NCBI GenBank assembly: GCA_050575255.1
Contig: JBNZDD010013730.1
Location: 3,671,538 to 3,735,537, forward strand
From: Harriotta raleighana
Taxonomy: Eukaryota
Direction: 5' to 3'
Length of the DNA stretch: 64,000 nucleotides
A program made the translations under genes and the position numbers. This document shows positions 52,911-64,000 of this stretch, piece after piece. Positions within the stretch are counted from its first letter, which is position 1, and every line of letters starts with the position of its first letter. The notes under the pieces were generated by a model, which ran no database searches, was not told where the DNA came from, and was given only the letters and a program-made list of their open reading frames with translations.

Positions 52911-54489
52911 GGGAATTGGGAAATCTGTGTGTTTAAACGTGAATCATAAGGAGTGATTCTTTTCACACTTTCTAACAATATCACCAAGAGTGAATCAGGT
53001 TTCAATCGTTGCCAACTTATCTGTCAGCACAATGGAATCTAACAGCCAGTTGCAGAAACCTTCACTGGAGAGGGAGACTACTGCAACAGATTCAATGAAG
53101 ATCTTCGAAAGAGATTGCATCACAAAAGCTGTCATCTTATTTCTTATACTATAACTAAATGACTGACCGACATTTTTTTTTTTACAAAATTAGCAAGGCT
53201 TATCGTTCCGCAAGTAAATAATTCAACCAATGCCCTTAAGTCACACCGCAGGAAATTGCTTGGAGAAATCTAAAATACCTTAAACGACAAAAATATATAA
53301 ACCAACACCTACAGACCCCACTAATTGGAATTAGACTAGTTGTATCGTATTTGCTGGCAGAACATTCCTTTATGAAATTATGTTTCTCAGCAGGTGCTAA
53401 TATGCATGTAGAGACCAGATTTTACCTGTCTAAGGTCTATATTAACATTTGTTCTACATCACTAAATAGACAGTTCAGCAATGGTGATACCACAATACTG
53501 GTACTAATTAAATAAAGCTTTTAGTAGCTCCCTCCTGGGGCTATATTATGAAAACATCAGCATCTGAGATTGTAACAGTAACACACAAATAATGCATTGT
53601 GAACAAAGACCAAAGGTTTGGATTTATGCTTGAGAGAGAGCCTTACTTACAAAGGCAATATAAATATACCAAAAAGAAGCAAGGTTTTTGTAAAAAAAAA
53701 CCCTAATATTGTATGTGGATACATTGAATGCATTTTAAAATATAAACAACCAACAGCAGGTTTCCTAAAGAGATTTGTCCAATGTAACATTTTGCTCATC
53801 AATAGTTTATTCACATGGGGCCTGCTGGTGACACTGATTAAGTTTTTCCATATGGCGTTTCAGGAAAGGTGGAGGTTGCATTTCAGTCTATTAGTTAAAT
53901 GGGCGTGATGAGTTCTAAAAGTCCTTAGTTTAGCTGCTGCTGAATATTTAAAGGGATTTACCCACATTCACCATTTAGCAATTATGCAGTGGTTGCTTCT
54001 CTGTAGCAACACTGAGATTGAAGGAATGAAGAACTCCATTGACCCTTATTGATACGCAATAGAGACCAAACTCGACAGTTTCCTTGGAACCTCATTGTCT
54101 CTCAATTAAAATGATTCTATTATTTTCGACTTTTGTATTGCCATGCCCATCACTGCTCAAACTCACCCCACAAATACACTATTTATGTACATCAACATTT
54201 CTTTCACCCTCTCAAATTCACAGTTTTCCTTGATCCAGAGGGTGACATGGAATCTACAGCACTGAAACAGGCTATTCAGACCAATTAGTCCATGTCAGTG
54301 TTTGTACTATACAGGATCGACCAAGCAAGGTTACCTCCCCACTGTGCCTTCTATTCCTCTCTCTTTCATACGTGCATCAACAAATGCAAATACTGTATGA
54401 AAGAGAGAAGAAATGCAACAACAATTTACATTTATATAGCGTCTTTCATGTTGGGAGGACATCTCAAAGTGCTTAACATATCTGCCTAG

Positions 54490-54830
54490 GAGTACGATCC
54501 ATTGATGCCTTCTGTTGTAACCATAATATCTGGAATTGAGTTTCAACATTATCCTTTGTGTAAAGTCTCTTCTACCTAAATTCCCTTTTAGATTTGTTGG
54601 TGGCAATGTTATATTTATGCCTGCTTTGTTATAGCAGTGGAAACCTTCTATTTTTGTTCATCTTATCAAACCCCTTCATAATTTTAAACAACTCTACCAA
54701 CTTTACTTCAATCTTCTCATCTCCAGGGGAAAAAAAGTCCTAAAATGTCCAGTCTTTCCTGATACTTGTATCCACTCATTCCTGATCACATTCAAGTAAA
54801 TCTATGCTGCACTTTCACTGCTGTCACAAT
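54490..54830 (-). mobile_element. Degraded CR1 ORF2 fragment
   Basis: The plus strand reads ccccttcataattttaaacaactctacc...cttctcatctccagggga...cagtctttcctgata, typical of antisense CR1 ORF2. Confidence 0.55.
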
Positions 54831-55689
54831 ATCCTTTATTTCTTATCCTGTTTCCTACTCTCATGAATACTCTTATTTGATATCATATCCCCAGCTTCCT
54901 TCAGTCCTTGTGGTCAAATAGACTTTTTCTACCTATTTTTTTCTCTTTCTAATGTGCATCCTGGAGTCATTTGTGTTACTATTAATACTGATGGAGTACC
55001 ATCCTTTCATTTAAGATGAATGCATAAATCATAAAGAGTATCTCAACACAGAACTTTAACTATTATCCCCTTTTCAAGAAAGAATCCTGATCTGAATTAT
55101 CCCTGATCTCTTTTGTTCTCAGAAATACATCCAGTGCTGGTATTTTCAGTTATTGCTGTCCATTGTTCAAAAGCAACCTTTCTTGAATTACTTGCTTTTT
55201 GCTTTAGTCTTGGACTCTGAAGACATTTCTCTTCAATGGAATTTAGATCAGTCTAACACCTTAATCCTTTCCATATCCGCATCGTCTTTTTTTCTGCTAA
55301 AAAATATTTCCACAGTAATCATGCTTTCACAGAAGGCATGGTTTTAACTTCCAAAATATCTTCCTACTTAAAATAATTCGTAATCCCTTAAGTGAATTTT
55401 ATTTCCCTACACAAGTGCTTCCTTTGCATTCCAAAGCTTGACTTCACCAACTACATTCTTCAGAGCTGCAGTCAATCTCAGCTGAATACATCCTGTATTT
55501 GTCTACAGGCACTTGTATTGCTATTAAAGTGAAACACATTTGGTTTCTGCTGATCATGAGATCTTACTTTTGGAAAACGTAGGCTAATCAATTTATGGAA
55601 CTGCAATTTTGTGCATTAATATCATAAATGTTCTTCAAATTTCTCATTTGCTAATGCCCTGTATCTCTGTTTTGTCCTCATTTCTGTGG

Positions 55690-56030
55690 GTGTCACTCCA
55701 ATCTTTGTCAGGCCCCATTGGCTTCCAATTACCAAACAGATGCATTTCAAGATCCTCTCACTCCTTTTAAAATTACTTCATGCCCTCGCACCTCCCTATC
55801 TGTCCAATCTGTTTAATTCCCTGCTCCACCACTCGCAACCTCCACTCGGCTGACTCCAACTTACTGTTCTCCCATTGTCCCTTTGCTCCACCATCGGTGG
55901 GTGTGCCTTAGGCCCACTACGTCCCCAAATAGTGGAACTCTCTACCTCAATCCCTCTGCCTGGCCCCCTAATCCCCACCTTCAAATCCCACCAAAAGGCC
56001 TTTCTTTTCTGATCATGCTTAAGGTCACCT
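55690..56030 (+). mobile_element. Degraded L2 ORF2 3' fragment
   Basis: Encodes HWLPITKQMHFKILSLLLKLLHALAPPYLSNL. Confidence 0.8.
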
Positions 56031-56174
56031 CCCCCTCTGTCCCGCTGGCTCTACAGGGAAGAGTGAGTACCTTGAAGTTCATCTATTAGTATGTGGAGTA
56101 CTTGAAGCATCTTCAGAATAAAGACAGTCTTGCCTTTCTACCCAAATTGGAGGGAAGTGGAAAAACCTAGGGCT

Positions 56175-56360
56175 CTCTGTGGAACCCAATTCTATAACAA
56201 TTTTTGAGAGAGAAGTCAATAGTTATTTGGGAGCACAGATTTGCAGGGCTATGTGGAGAGTGTAGGGGGAGTGGGATTGGTTTGGACAGCTCTTTTAAAA
56301 GAGCCGACACAGACACGATGGGCTGAATGGCCTCCTTCTGTGCTGTATAATTGATTGGAT
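56175..56360 (+). mobile_element. CR1 LINE 3' tail
   Basis: gagccgacacagacacgatgggctgaatggcctccttctgtgctgtat, homologous to the tail of the element at 5965-6280. Confidence 0.8.
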
Positions 56361-57639
56361 TTTTAACATTGGCTGTATTTTGTTCTCTACAGTTCTCCCA
56401 CGCTGCTCTATTTTATGGTATTTTTTCTGTTCACTTATGGAGTAACTGTTAACCTTTTATGGCCCAGTTCAGATAATTCTTTGGAAGCTTACAGCTTGTC
56501 AGACACATTTTCCTTGTGTTTTATTGAAAAACCTTGCAGAATACTCCTTTAGTTACAGATTTGTGAAATCATGTCCTGTTTGAGTGTTTTCCCTTGTGCT
56601 GTGTGATTCCCTTTAAGCTATTATCTTTAATTTTTTTTAAAATCCCAAAGACTAATACTTTCTGGCAAAGCTGTATTCATGTTTGGTCCTTTATCTCCTT
56701 CTCCCCTGCAAGGCTCTCTTCATGGAAGAGAAATTTGAAATGTTATAGGTATTCTGAAGTAGGGTTTGGAAAACATGCATTGGGGTCACTCCTACTGACC
56801 TCCACTCAAATGATTAAGTCATTTGCTCACTTATACTTTCTTCAAATTAGGTCAGTTTTTTTCTTTCATACTGATTTTCTCACTCTCTCTACTTATTTTA
56901 CAATAACTTATCTTTAATAACCTCTGCGCATTGGATAGAACGTTATCTTTAAATAAAATTTAATGCAAAGTTCTTTCTTTAAGAAAAAAAATCGAGAAAT
57001 TTCCTCTCGTGATACATAAGCTCATTAATTACACTGATGCTGTTACCTGTTTGAAGGCTCGGAGATGAATGAAGGATGGTATGTATTATCGTACACTAAT
57101 CTGCTTTGTAAAGAGGAAGAAAGGACATTAAAACCATTTGATTTAAGAATTGGGTAGCAAAGTAGGTTATACAGCACAAACTTTTTCATTTGGGCATAGG
57201 TATTCACATGCAGACTAATAAAATAAAAGATAATTTCTCAGTTATTTTGATTTTGCATCAATATGGCTCAGTTGGCTCAGCCAGGTGAGGGAAGCAAGGT
57301 TACTGCCCAGGCCTGGTAAATGTACCAACTGATAAGATTAAATTCACTTGTTACAAACAACCAGCATTGTTTTCTTCCCTTCCTCCCCACATATCTACAG
57401 TACGCACTTCTCAATCAGGTTACATCCCACCCCCCACTCCCAACAATAATGTACCTCATTCTTAACCATATCCTAATAAAAGGTCACTGTGTTAATTTGT
57501 CCCCTTTTGACCTTTAATCTATTTTCTGGTTAACCTGCCATGAACTTAAACCAAAAGTTGTTTACAATAGGGTTCAACAGGATTTGAGCTCACAGTCTAA
57601 TCTAACACCCCAATGTTTAGGGAGCTGTCCATCCAACGA

Positions 57640-57897
57640 GCCTTTAGACCTAGGATCCCATCTAACTATTAAGATGGATATCAAAGTTCGATAAGAAAGG
57701 CATTTTCCCTGGTGTCCTGACCAATAAATCACACGTAAAATGAGTCATTAATTACATGGCTATTTGTGGGTCATTACTGCATGCAAATTAGCTGCCGTGC
57801 TCACCTACAAATTTGCAGGAAGGTCACTTTACAGAAAATTCTATGAAGCACTTTAAGAAGGTTTTATGTGATAAGGTTCTATATCAAATGGAAGAGT
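57640..57897 (+). mobile_element. Old Deu-SINE relic
   Basis: tccctggtgtcctgaccaata...gctatttgtggg..gcaaattagctgcc...atatcaaatggaag. Confidence 0.6.
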
Positions 57898-57944
57898 ATT
57901 CTGCTGCATTAGTTTAACTTTCAAAAAATATTTTCGCACACCAG

Positions 57945-58188
57945 CAATCCACTATGCCTACGCACTCTGAAACTCCAACGTGCAGTCCCTCTGCCTCACT
58001 CCCTCCTTGCTTCCTTCAAGACTTGTCTCAAGACCCTCCTCTACAATCATGCCTTCGGTCACCCTCCTTCCTCCCACACCCCCGCCCTCCCCGATCCCGA
58101 TCCAGTGTCGAAACACAGATTGTCCAGTGCCCTGGGATGTCCTCCAGACGTGAAAGGTACTATACAAATGTAATTTTGTTGTTGTTGT
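57945..58188 (+). mobile_element. L2 3' UTR fragment
   Basis: cactctgaaactcc...ctcaagaccctcctct...cgtgaaaggtactatacaaatgtaattttgttgttgttg. Confidence 0.85.
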
Positions 58189-60769
58189 GGTCACTCAAGA
58201 CAAAGTGAGCAATGTTGTGTTGTTCGGTGCTGAGTGCTCGTACCTACTGAAGACTGAGCTGAACCAGGCCAAGTTAATTTCCAGTATCTACGTAAACCTG
58301 ACTGAAAAGGCCCAAGCTTCACTAATTGCAGTAAATTGCACCAATTTCCAGTGTTAAATTACTGTAGTCAAATATAAACGTTCCTTCACGTAAATGTACT
58401 GGTGTATCAGCCCATTTACAAGATTGGTTTTGTTGTAACAAGACTGGACAAGTTCAATAAAATACTTTGTTTCTCTATCTTGGGCTTAAAGCTATTTTGC
58501 TCAAGTAGAAACCTCTGCCAGTTAACTGATGGGAGATATACAGTATGTGGATTAGATTGGCAGAGTAGAAGCTCCAAGCAAAACGACCGATAAACTTGAC
58601 CTTTTAGTCGTACTGCAAGCAGAAACCCAGAAAAAAAAACTGCAAAAAACATGAGAACTTTCCTGTTTAAAATGCTAACAGGTATTTCTCATTCAGCCGC
58701 TAATTAACTTGCTCTTGGTTTAGCTTTATTTGTGAATTACCTGTACATCAAGCATTAACCTAGGAACAAATCGTTAATGTGTTGCTGCATTGATGAGCGT
58801 ATTATTGTGAAATAAAATACAGGAGCTCCAGAATCCAGTGCAAAATTTATTGCGGAAAGTTTGCTGAGATAGACAACGGAGAGAGAGAAAGTACAAGTTA
58901 ATGGAAATGTCAAAGGCAGAAAAGAAATTATTATTCTGAGTTATGAGGCTGATGGGCATTATTACTACAATTCATTTGAAATACTCCTCTACGTTTCCAT
59001 AGCTGTCCTATGTTGTGCAGTTATCACAAGCAGTTTTGCTCCGTATTCCTACACCTAAGCTTGAACATATTTTTTAAAGCAACAGTGGACTAAAAAGGTA
59101 CAACATTTCAGCTTTCGACTCAGTTGGGAAAACTGAATTCAAATCAGTGTTAATCGACATCTGCACTGGTCTGCACTATTCGGACTTAACCCTTCTGAGT
59201 GGCTTTCACAAAGACATGCACAAGCTGGACCATCGTACGTTTCGTCTTCTCCACTACCAAGGAGGATCGTGCACAGTCATTAATTACACAGCTGTCTGTG
59301 GGAGATTGCTGCATGCAAGGCGCTAAAAAATTGAGGATATGTTCCAAAATGATAAAGGACAAAGCAGCCAATATGCATTAAAATTACTGAGGTAAGCACT
59401 GCTACCTTCCCTTTGGTGAAAGGTGTTACAGAAGTACAAATTGTTGTTCCTGCGATGTTCAAAATGCAACTGAATTCCACCTGCTGTACTGAAAATAAAC
59501 GGTGTGAAAATCTGTTTTATTATCGACCTCCTCACATTCATAAGTGAAGAAAGGGTTAAATGGCTGGCCAGTTTCGGATTCTTTTAAAAAATATATATCC
59601 TGCTGTTAAATTTTGCACACAAAAAAAATCAACGCAACCAAGGGTTCACACTCGTTTCTTCCTGTAACTATATTCAGGTTCGGATCGCAAGGCTTTAGAT
59701 TAAATTTTTAAGGGATGCCTATGATGAGAGAGCAAGATATCTGGGAAGATCTATGCTCACTCTGATATACTGCAGACTTTTCCCTGGAGTAACAGTGGCA
59801 TTTTCACATATTGTCTTCTAATTAGTTGTACATAATACATAATAAGTGGTATATGAATACCAAAGGTGAAAAACATTTCTGAACTTTGTGGAAAACAACT
59901 TGCCTGAAGAATCTGGGGAAGCTAACCAAAGCTAAAAGCTCACACCACATTTTTTAAGTCTCTCAGTCTACAGTGAAAAATAGTACAGGATGAATTATGA
60001 ATCTCTTGACAACTGCTAAATTATGAAGTTATGGAGAAAAAACATTCTTCATGCAATATCATTGAAAATCCAGGCTTCCCCAGCACCATGGGTGTTGTTT
60101 TCCACCCCCACCCCCAATTAGACTTTTCAGTCAGTTACAAACATCACCAGTCCTCAGAAAAAGACACAGAAAACAAAGTCAGAATAAATGCAATACCTTC
60201 CAGCTCAAACCCTTACATTCCTCTTGAAACAGACTGCACACACACTTCTAACTGGCTGATAATTTGCAGCTGTAAATCACTTGACTGTCCCTGGGCTTTA
60301 ATTAAACTACTTGTGGGAGTTATTTATCAATTACCTTGAATTACTGCATATTAGTAATCAGTCTTTGAAATTACCATATAAACAAGGTCAGAATCCAGCC
60401 AATGTTAACATGGAATTGAGTGCAAATGCAAAACACACACATTTCTCATCAGCATAGGAATCCTTGTTAATTGTACAAAATTGCTTTGCGCAGATTTCTT
60501 ACACCTCCTTAATTACTAAACCAAGAGACTTAGCTTGTTTTGTCCTAAACATTTATTTTCCTCTGAACATCTTAGCTCCCTCGAAAGCCCAAGTTTGTCC
60601 AAAGCTTGCAAACTGCCGCCTTTACTCTGGGGGCTGTTGTGACATCTGAATAGAATCTGAGAAAATGCTTGTTGACAGATGGGTGATCCTCTTTCACCTC
60701 CAACTTCTCTCCCACACTTTCCTGTCTTTCTCCATTTTGTCAATGTTATTATTGTCATTGCTACTTTAA

Positions 60770-61005
60770 AATTTCCTCAAATACTTACCTTCTTCCTCCT
60801 CCGACAAAACATCTGTGTTGCACTCAAAACTCAACACTTTGTCTCCTGTTCTGTTTATTTCCCGCGGCCTCTGCCATATTGTGGAGTTCTTTACTTCTTC
60901 AATCGTCCTCTCCTTCCACGATCCAGCAAAATTTTGTTTTTAACCATAGCCGGGATGTTCTCCTGACGTGAAAGTCGCTGTACAAATATAATTTTGTTGT
61001 TGTTG
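60770..61005 (+). mobile_element. L2 3' tail fragment
   Basis: ctcctgacgtgaaagtcgctgtacaaatataattttgttgttgttg. Confidence 0.65.
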
Positions 61006-61088
61006 TCCTACAGTGCTTTTGTATGGCCGTGGATGCCAAACTCCATGGCAGCATTCAGCTACAGTGCACACGTACAGGGTCATCAGAT

Positions 61089-61422
61089 TAATAATAATAA
61101 TAATCCTTGCATTTGATATAGTGCCTTATCACGTCTAGGAGACGTCTCAAAGCATTTCACAGAATATATGGTAAAGTGAATTGACTATACTTCATGGAGT
61201 GGCAGCGAATTGACCACAGCAGCGTCCCACAAACAACTGTGGAATGATTGACAATTTTTTTGGGAAGGAATTATTACTCCCGGTAAAGCGGTCTGGCAAA
61301 TGACTAACAACCGGGTTCCTACTTACTGCTAAGTAAATAGAGGTATCTGCCCATCTTTCACCCTGCCGGGAATCAAACCCAGGTGTTTTGCTTGCGAGAC
61401 GAGTATTCTAACCAGGACTCCA
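61089..61422 (-). mobile_element. Same SINE family, full length, minus strand
   Basis: Reverse complement of tail (taataatccttgcatttgatat), core and head (cttgcgagacgagt..ctaaccaggactcc). Confidence 0.88.
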
Positions 61423-62554
61423 CGAATACTCAACAATAATATTGCATAATGACTCAAGGAGCATAACATCCATCTGTAAATAGCTGAAAAATAAACTTCA
61501 TGTAAAGTGTTTTCCCATCAATAAAATCTTCATTGCATAGATACTGTACATCAGCAGCCAAGGTGAAGCTTGGCCAACAATTTCATCAATTCTGGTTTCT
61601 TCACTGTCCGCCAGCTCTCAAACTACCATGCTGAGCAAATCCAATCAATTCATTTTACTGCAGCTAAAAAAGATCTTCACTCTATTTGAAAACCAAATTG
61701 CAACTGGTAATTCACAGAGAGATCCAGCATTTAGATTCTATGCTTGTTAAGTTCTTATAAAACAAGTTATTTATTTAATAATCAGAACACTTCCCCTTGT
61801 TATAATCTATGCGTAATCCTATTCAGCTAAAGATCAATACAACAACAAAAATGTACAATCAACATGCTTTGAACAAAACCTTAACTACGAACATGTTAAA
61901 CAGGTTAACTATCATCTAGATATTTGATCGATATTAGATCAAAAGTATAGTTAATTGGGACAAGGTAATCTTACAAAATAATAAACATTCAAATTAAATC
62001 AAAACATCTGTGTGATTACCTGAAATGTTTCAACTACCACAAACTAATTGATGTCAGTGGTAATGGGATTTAGTGAAAGATCTCCACAAATAACAGAACA
62101 GAGAATAATATTGGCAATGCTATAAAGCACAGGCTTATATAGTCAATGCCCTTGTACAACAACATCATCTTTTATCTGTACTGACTTCTTGTGCAAAACC
62201 TTGTACAGTGTTTGACTTTTGGTTTTAAAAAAGGATGAACAGCACAGAGTGTGTTCTTGATCTCCAGCACCTTGGGACGTCCTCCTGACGTGAAAGGCAC
62301 GATACAAATGTAATTTTGTTGTTGTTATCCACAATAATCTGTAGCTATATCTCCAGTGTGATTATTTTGTTTAATGCAAGGATTGCTATTATTATTGTTA
62401 ATAACACACAATGCCTTGCTTCTGCTCTACAACCACAGTAGTCATTTGAGCTCTATCAAATGTCAACCATTTCAAAAATCCTTTCTCTTATAAATTTGGA
62501 ATAAAATGATTGCTAGACAATTGGCATAAAATAGACTCCAAGTTTCAGCTAACT

Positions 62555-62866
62555 GAGTCCTGTACCTTACTGGTAAGAGCACTTGCCTTGTAAGTGAGAG
62601 ACCTGGGTTCAATTCCAGGCAGGGCGAAACCTTGGGCAAATTTCCTTACTTCACACGCCTGAGAATAATCTCTCTCAAAAAAATAATAAATTGGTCATTT
62701 CAATCCACAATTGTTTGTGGGACACTGCTGTGCACAATTGGCTACTGTGTTTCACCCACAAAATATTCAGTCGATTCACTTTACAGTATATTCTGTGAAG
62801 CACTTTGAGACATCCAGAAGACGTGAAAATGTGCTATATCAAATTCAAGGATTATTATTATTATTA
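62555..62866 (+). mobile_element. Same SINE family, full length
   Basis: gagtcctgt..ggtaagagcacttgccttgtaagtgagagacctgggttcaattccaggcagggcgaaacc... Confidence 0.92.
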
Positions 62867-63021
62867 ACTGAAAATCAACAAAGAAAAGGATTGTTCTGGT
62901 AAACATGTTCCTTATGATAGAAGTTAAAGATAAATTATCGTTTTTCAGAAAATGATTGCATCAAAAAACCAAAACAAGTTTATTATGCCATTTGATTGAT
63001 ACAATCGACAAAACAAATGTC

Positions 63022-63268
63022 ATAATAATAATCCTTGCATTCGATATAGTGTTTTTCACATCTTCCTGACATCTCAAAGCACTGTACAGAATATACTGAA
63101 AATTGACTGCATATATGTGGGCGAATCGTGGCAGTCAATTGTGCAAGCAAACAGTCCCACAAACAGCCGTGTATTAAAATGACCAAATTCTTATTTATTT
63201 GAGGGATTATTATTAGTCGTGTGGAGCAAGGAAACTTACCCAAGGTTTCACCCTGCCTGGAATTGAGA
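63022..63268 (-). mobile_element. Same SINE family, lacking most of the tRNA head
   Basis: Reverse complement of tail and core through ccctgcctggaattga. Confidence 0.88.
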
Positions 63269-64000
63269 CCACGTCATTATTATAGAGTTCACTAAAGTAC
63301 AATTGAATCGTGTAATCTTATTTCATTATATTTTCGACTAGTTGACATATTTGCTATACAAGATGGACAATCAATTAAATAAAGCGCATGCATCACAAGC
63401 TGTGGAAAAGAATAGTTAGTTTAAAAGGAAAAACCTTACCAAATTAAAAATTCTACAATGAATTATAGTTAAAAATTATACGTCAAAGCAATGCAGTAAA
63501 CCAACAATGTGAAAAGTTGCTTTAAACTCTTTAGTCCTATATCAGTCTCTCAGTCCGTTATCTCGTCTCCTGAGATGTAATAGAAGTATGCTATTCTCCT
63601 TTATGTGTGAATGCATTTGGAATATAAACCTCCATCATTTTTGCATAAATGCCTTGGCTTACAGCTTCAGAGCTTATTCGGTGAGGGAAGTTTTTTTATT
63701 ATCTTGTTCACCCAATAATCAAGGCTACCCTTTAATTACATCACAAATGGCAATTAAATTCCACATGAAGATTTTCTATGTCTCATGCATTTTAATTAAC
63801 TTTTGCAATATATCACACGAATCCCACACATCCAAATGAAAAGGTACATTACTTATTTTTACATGTATTTTCCTTCACATTACAATAGGTAAAATTACAA
63901 ATGATGAACCTTTTTAAGACCTTTTCAGCTGAAACCACATAGCAACCTCTTTTCCTGTACCACACATATGGCACTGCCAAGCAGCCCTCTTGAATTATTT

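Noticed and set aside
1-64000. CRISPR arrays, operons or other prokaryotic systems
   Set aside because: The sequence is vertebrate and repeat-rich, with no regularly spaced repeat-spacer array or dense ORFs.

Overview
This is AT-rich vertebrate genomic DNA with no intact long ORF. The repeat content points to a cartilaginous fish, plausibly a chimaera (inference only). It includes a young tRNA-derived Deu-domain SINE with an L2-type 3' tail, L2 and CR1 LINE 3' fragments, and old AmnSINE/SacSINE-like and LF-SINE-like relics. Most ORF-track entries are spurious or repeat-derived. The main hidden feature is a heavily decayed, intron-poor minus-strand pseudogene (~49206 to ~44650). Its frame-hopping translation matches the multi-BTB meiotic regulator KCTD19 in colinear order and seems to carry an extra BTB module. 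Other candidates are a decayed coding block with a bornavirus-nucleoprotein-like motif (51800-52400), a symmetric Ig-like pseudo-exon, two possible plus-strand exons, a SINE-head foldback hairpin with Pol III signals, and a duplicated Pbx/Meis-type motif. Three single-N positions flank probable assembly artefacts. All protein comparisons were made by eye against remembered sequences and need confirmation by alignment.
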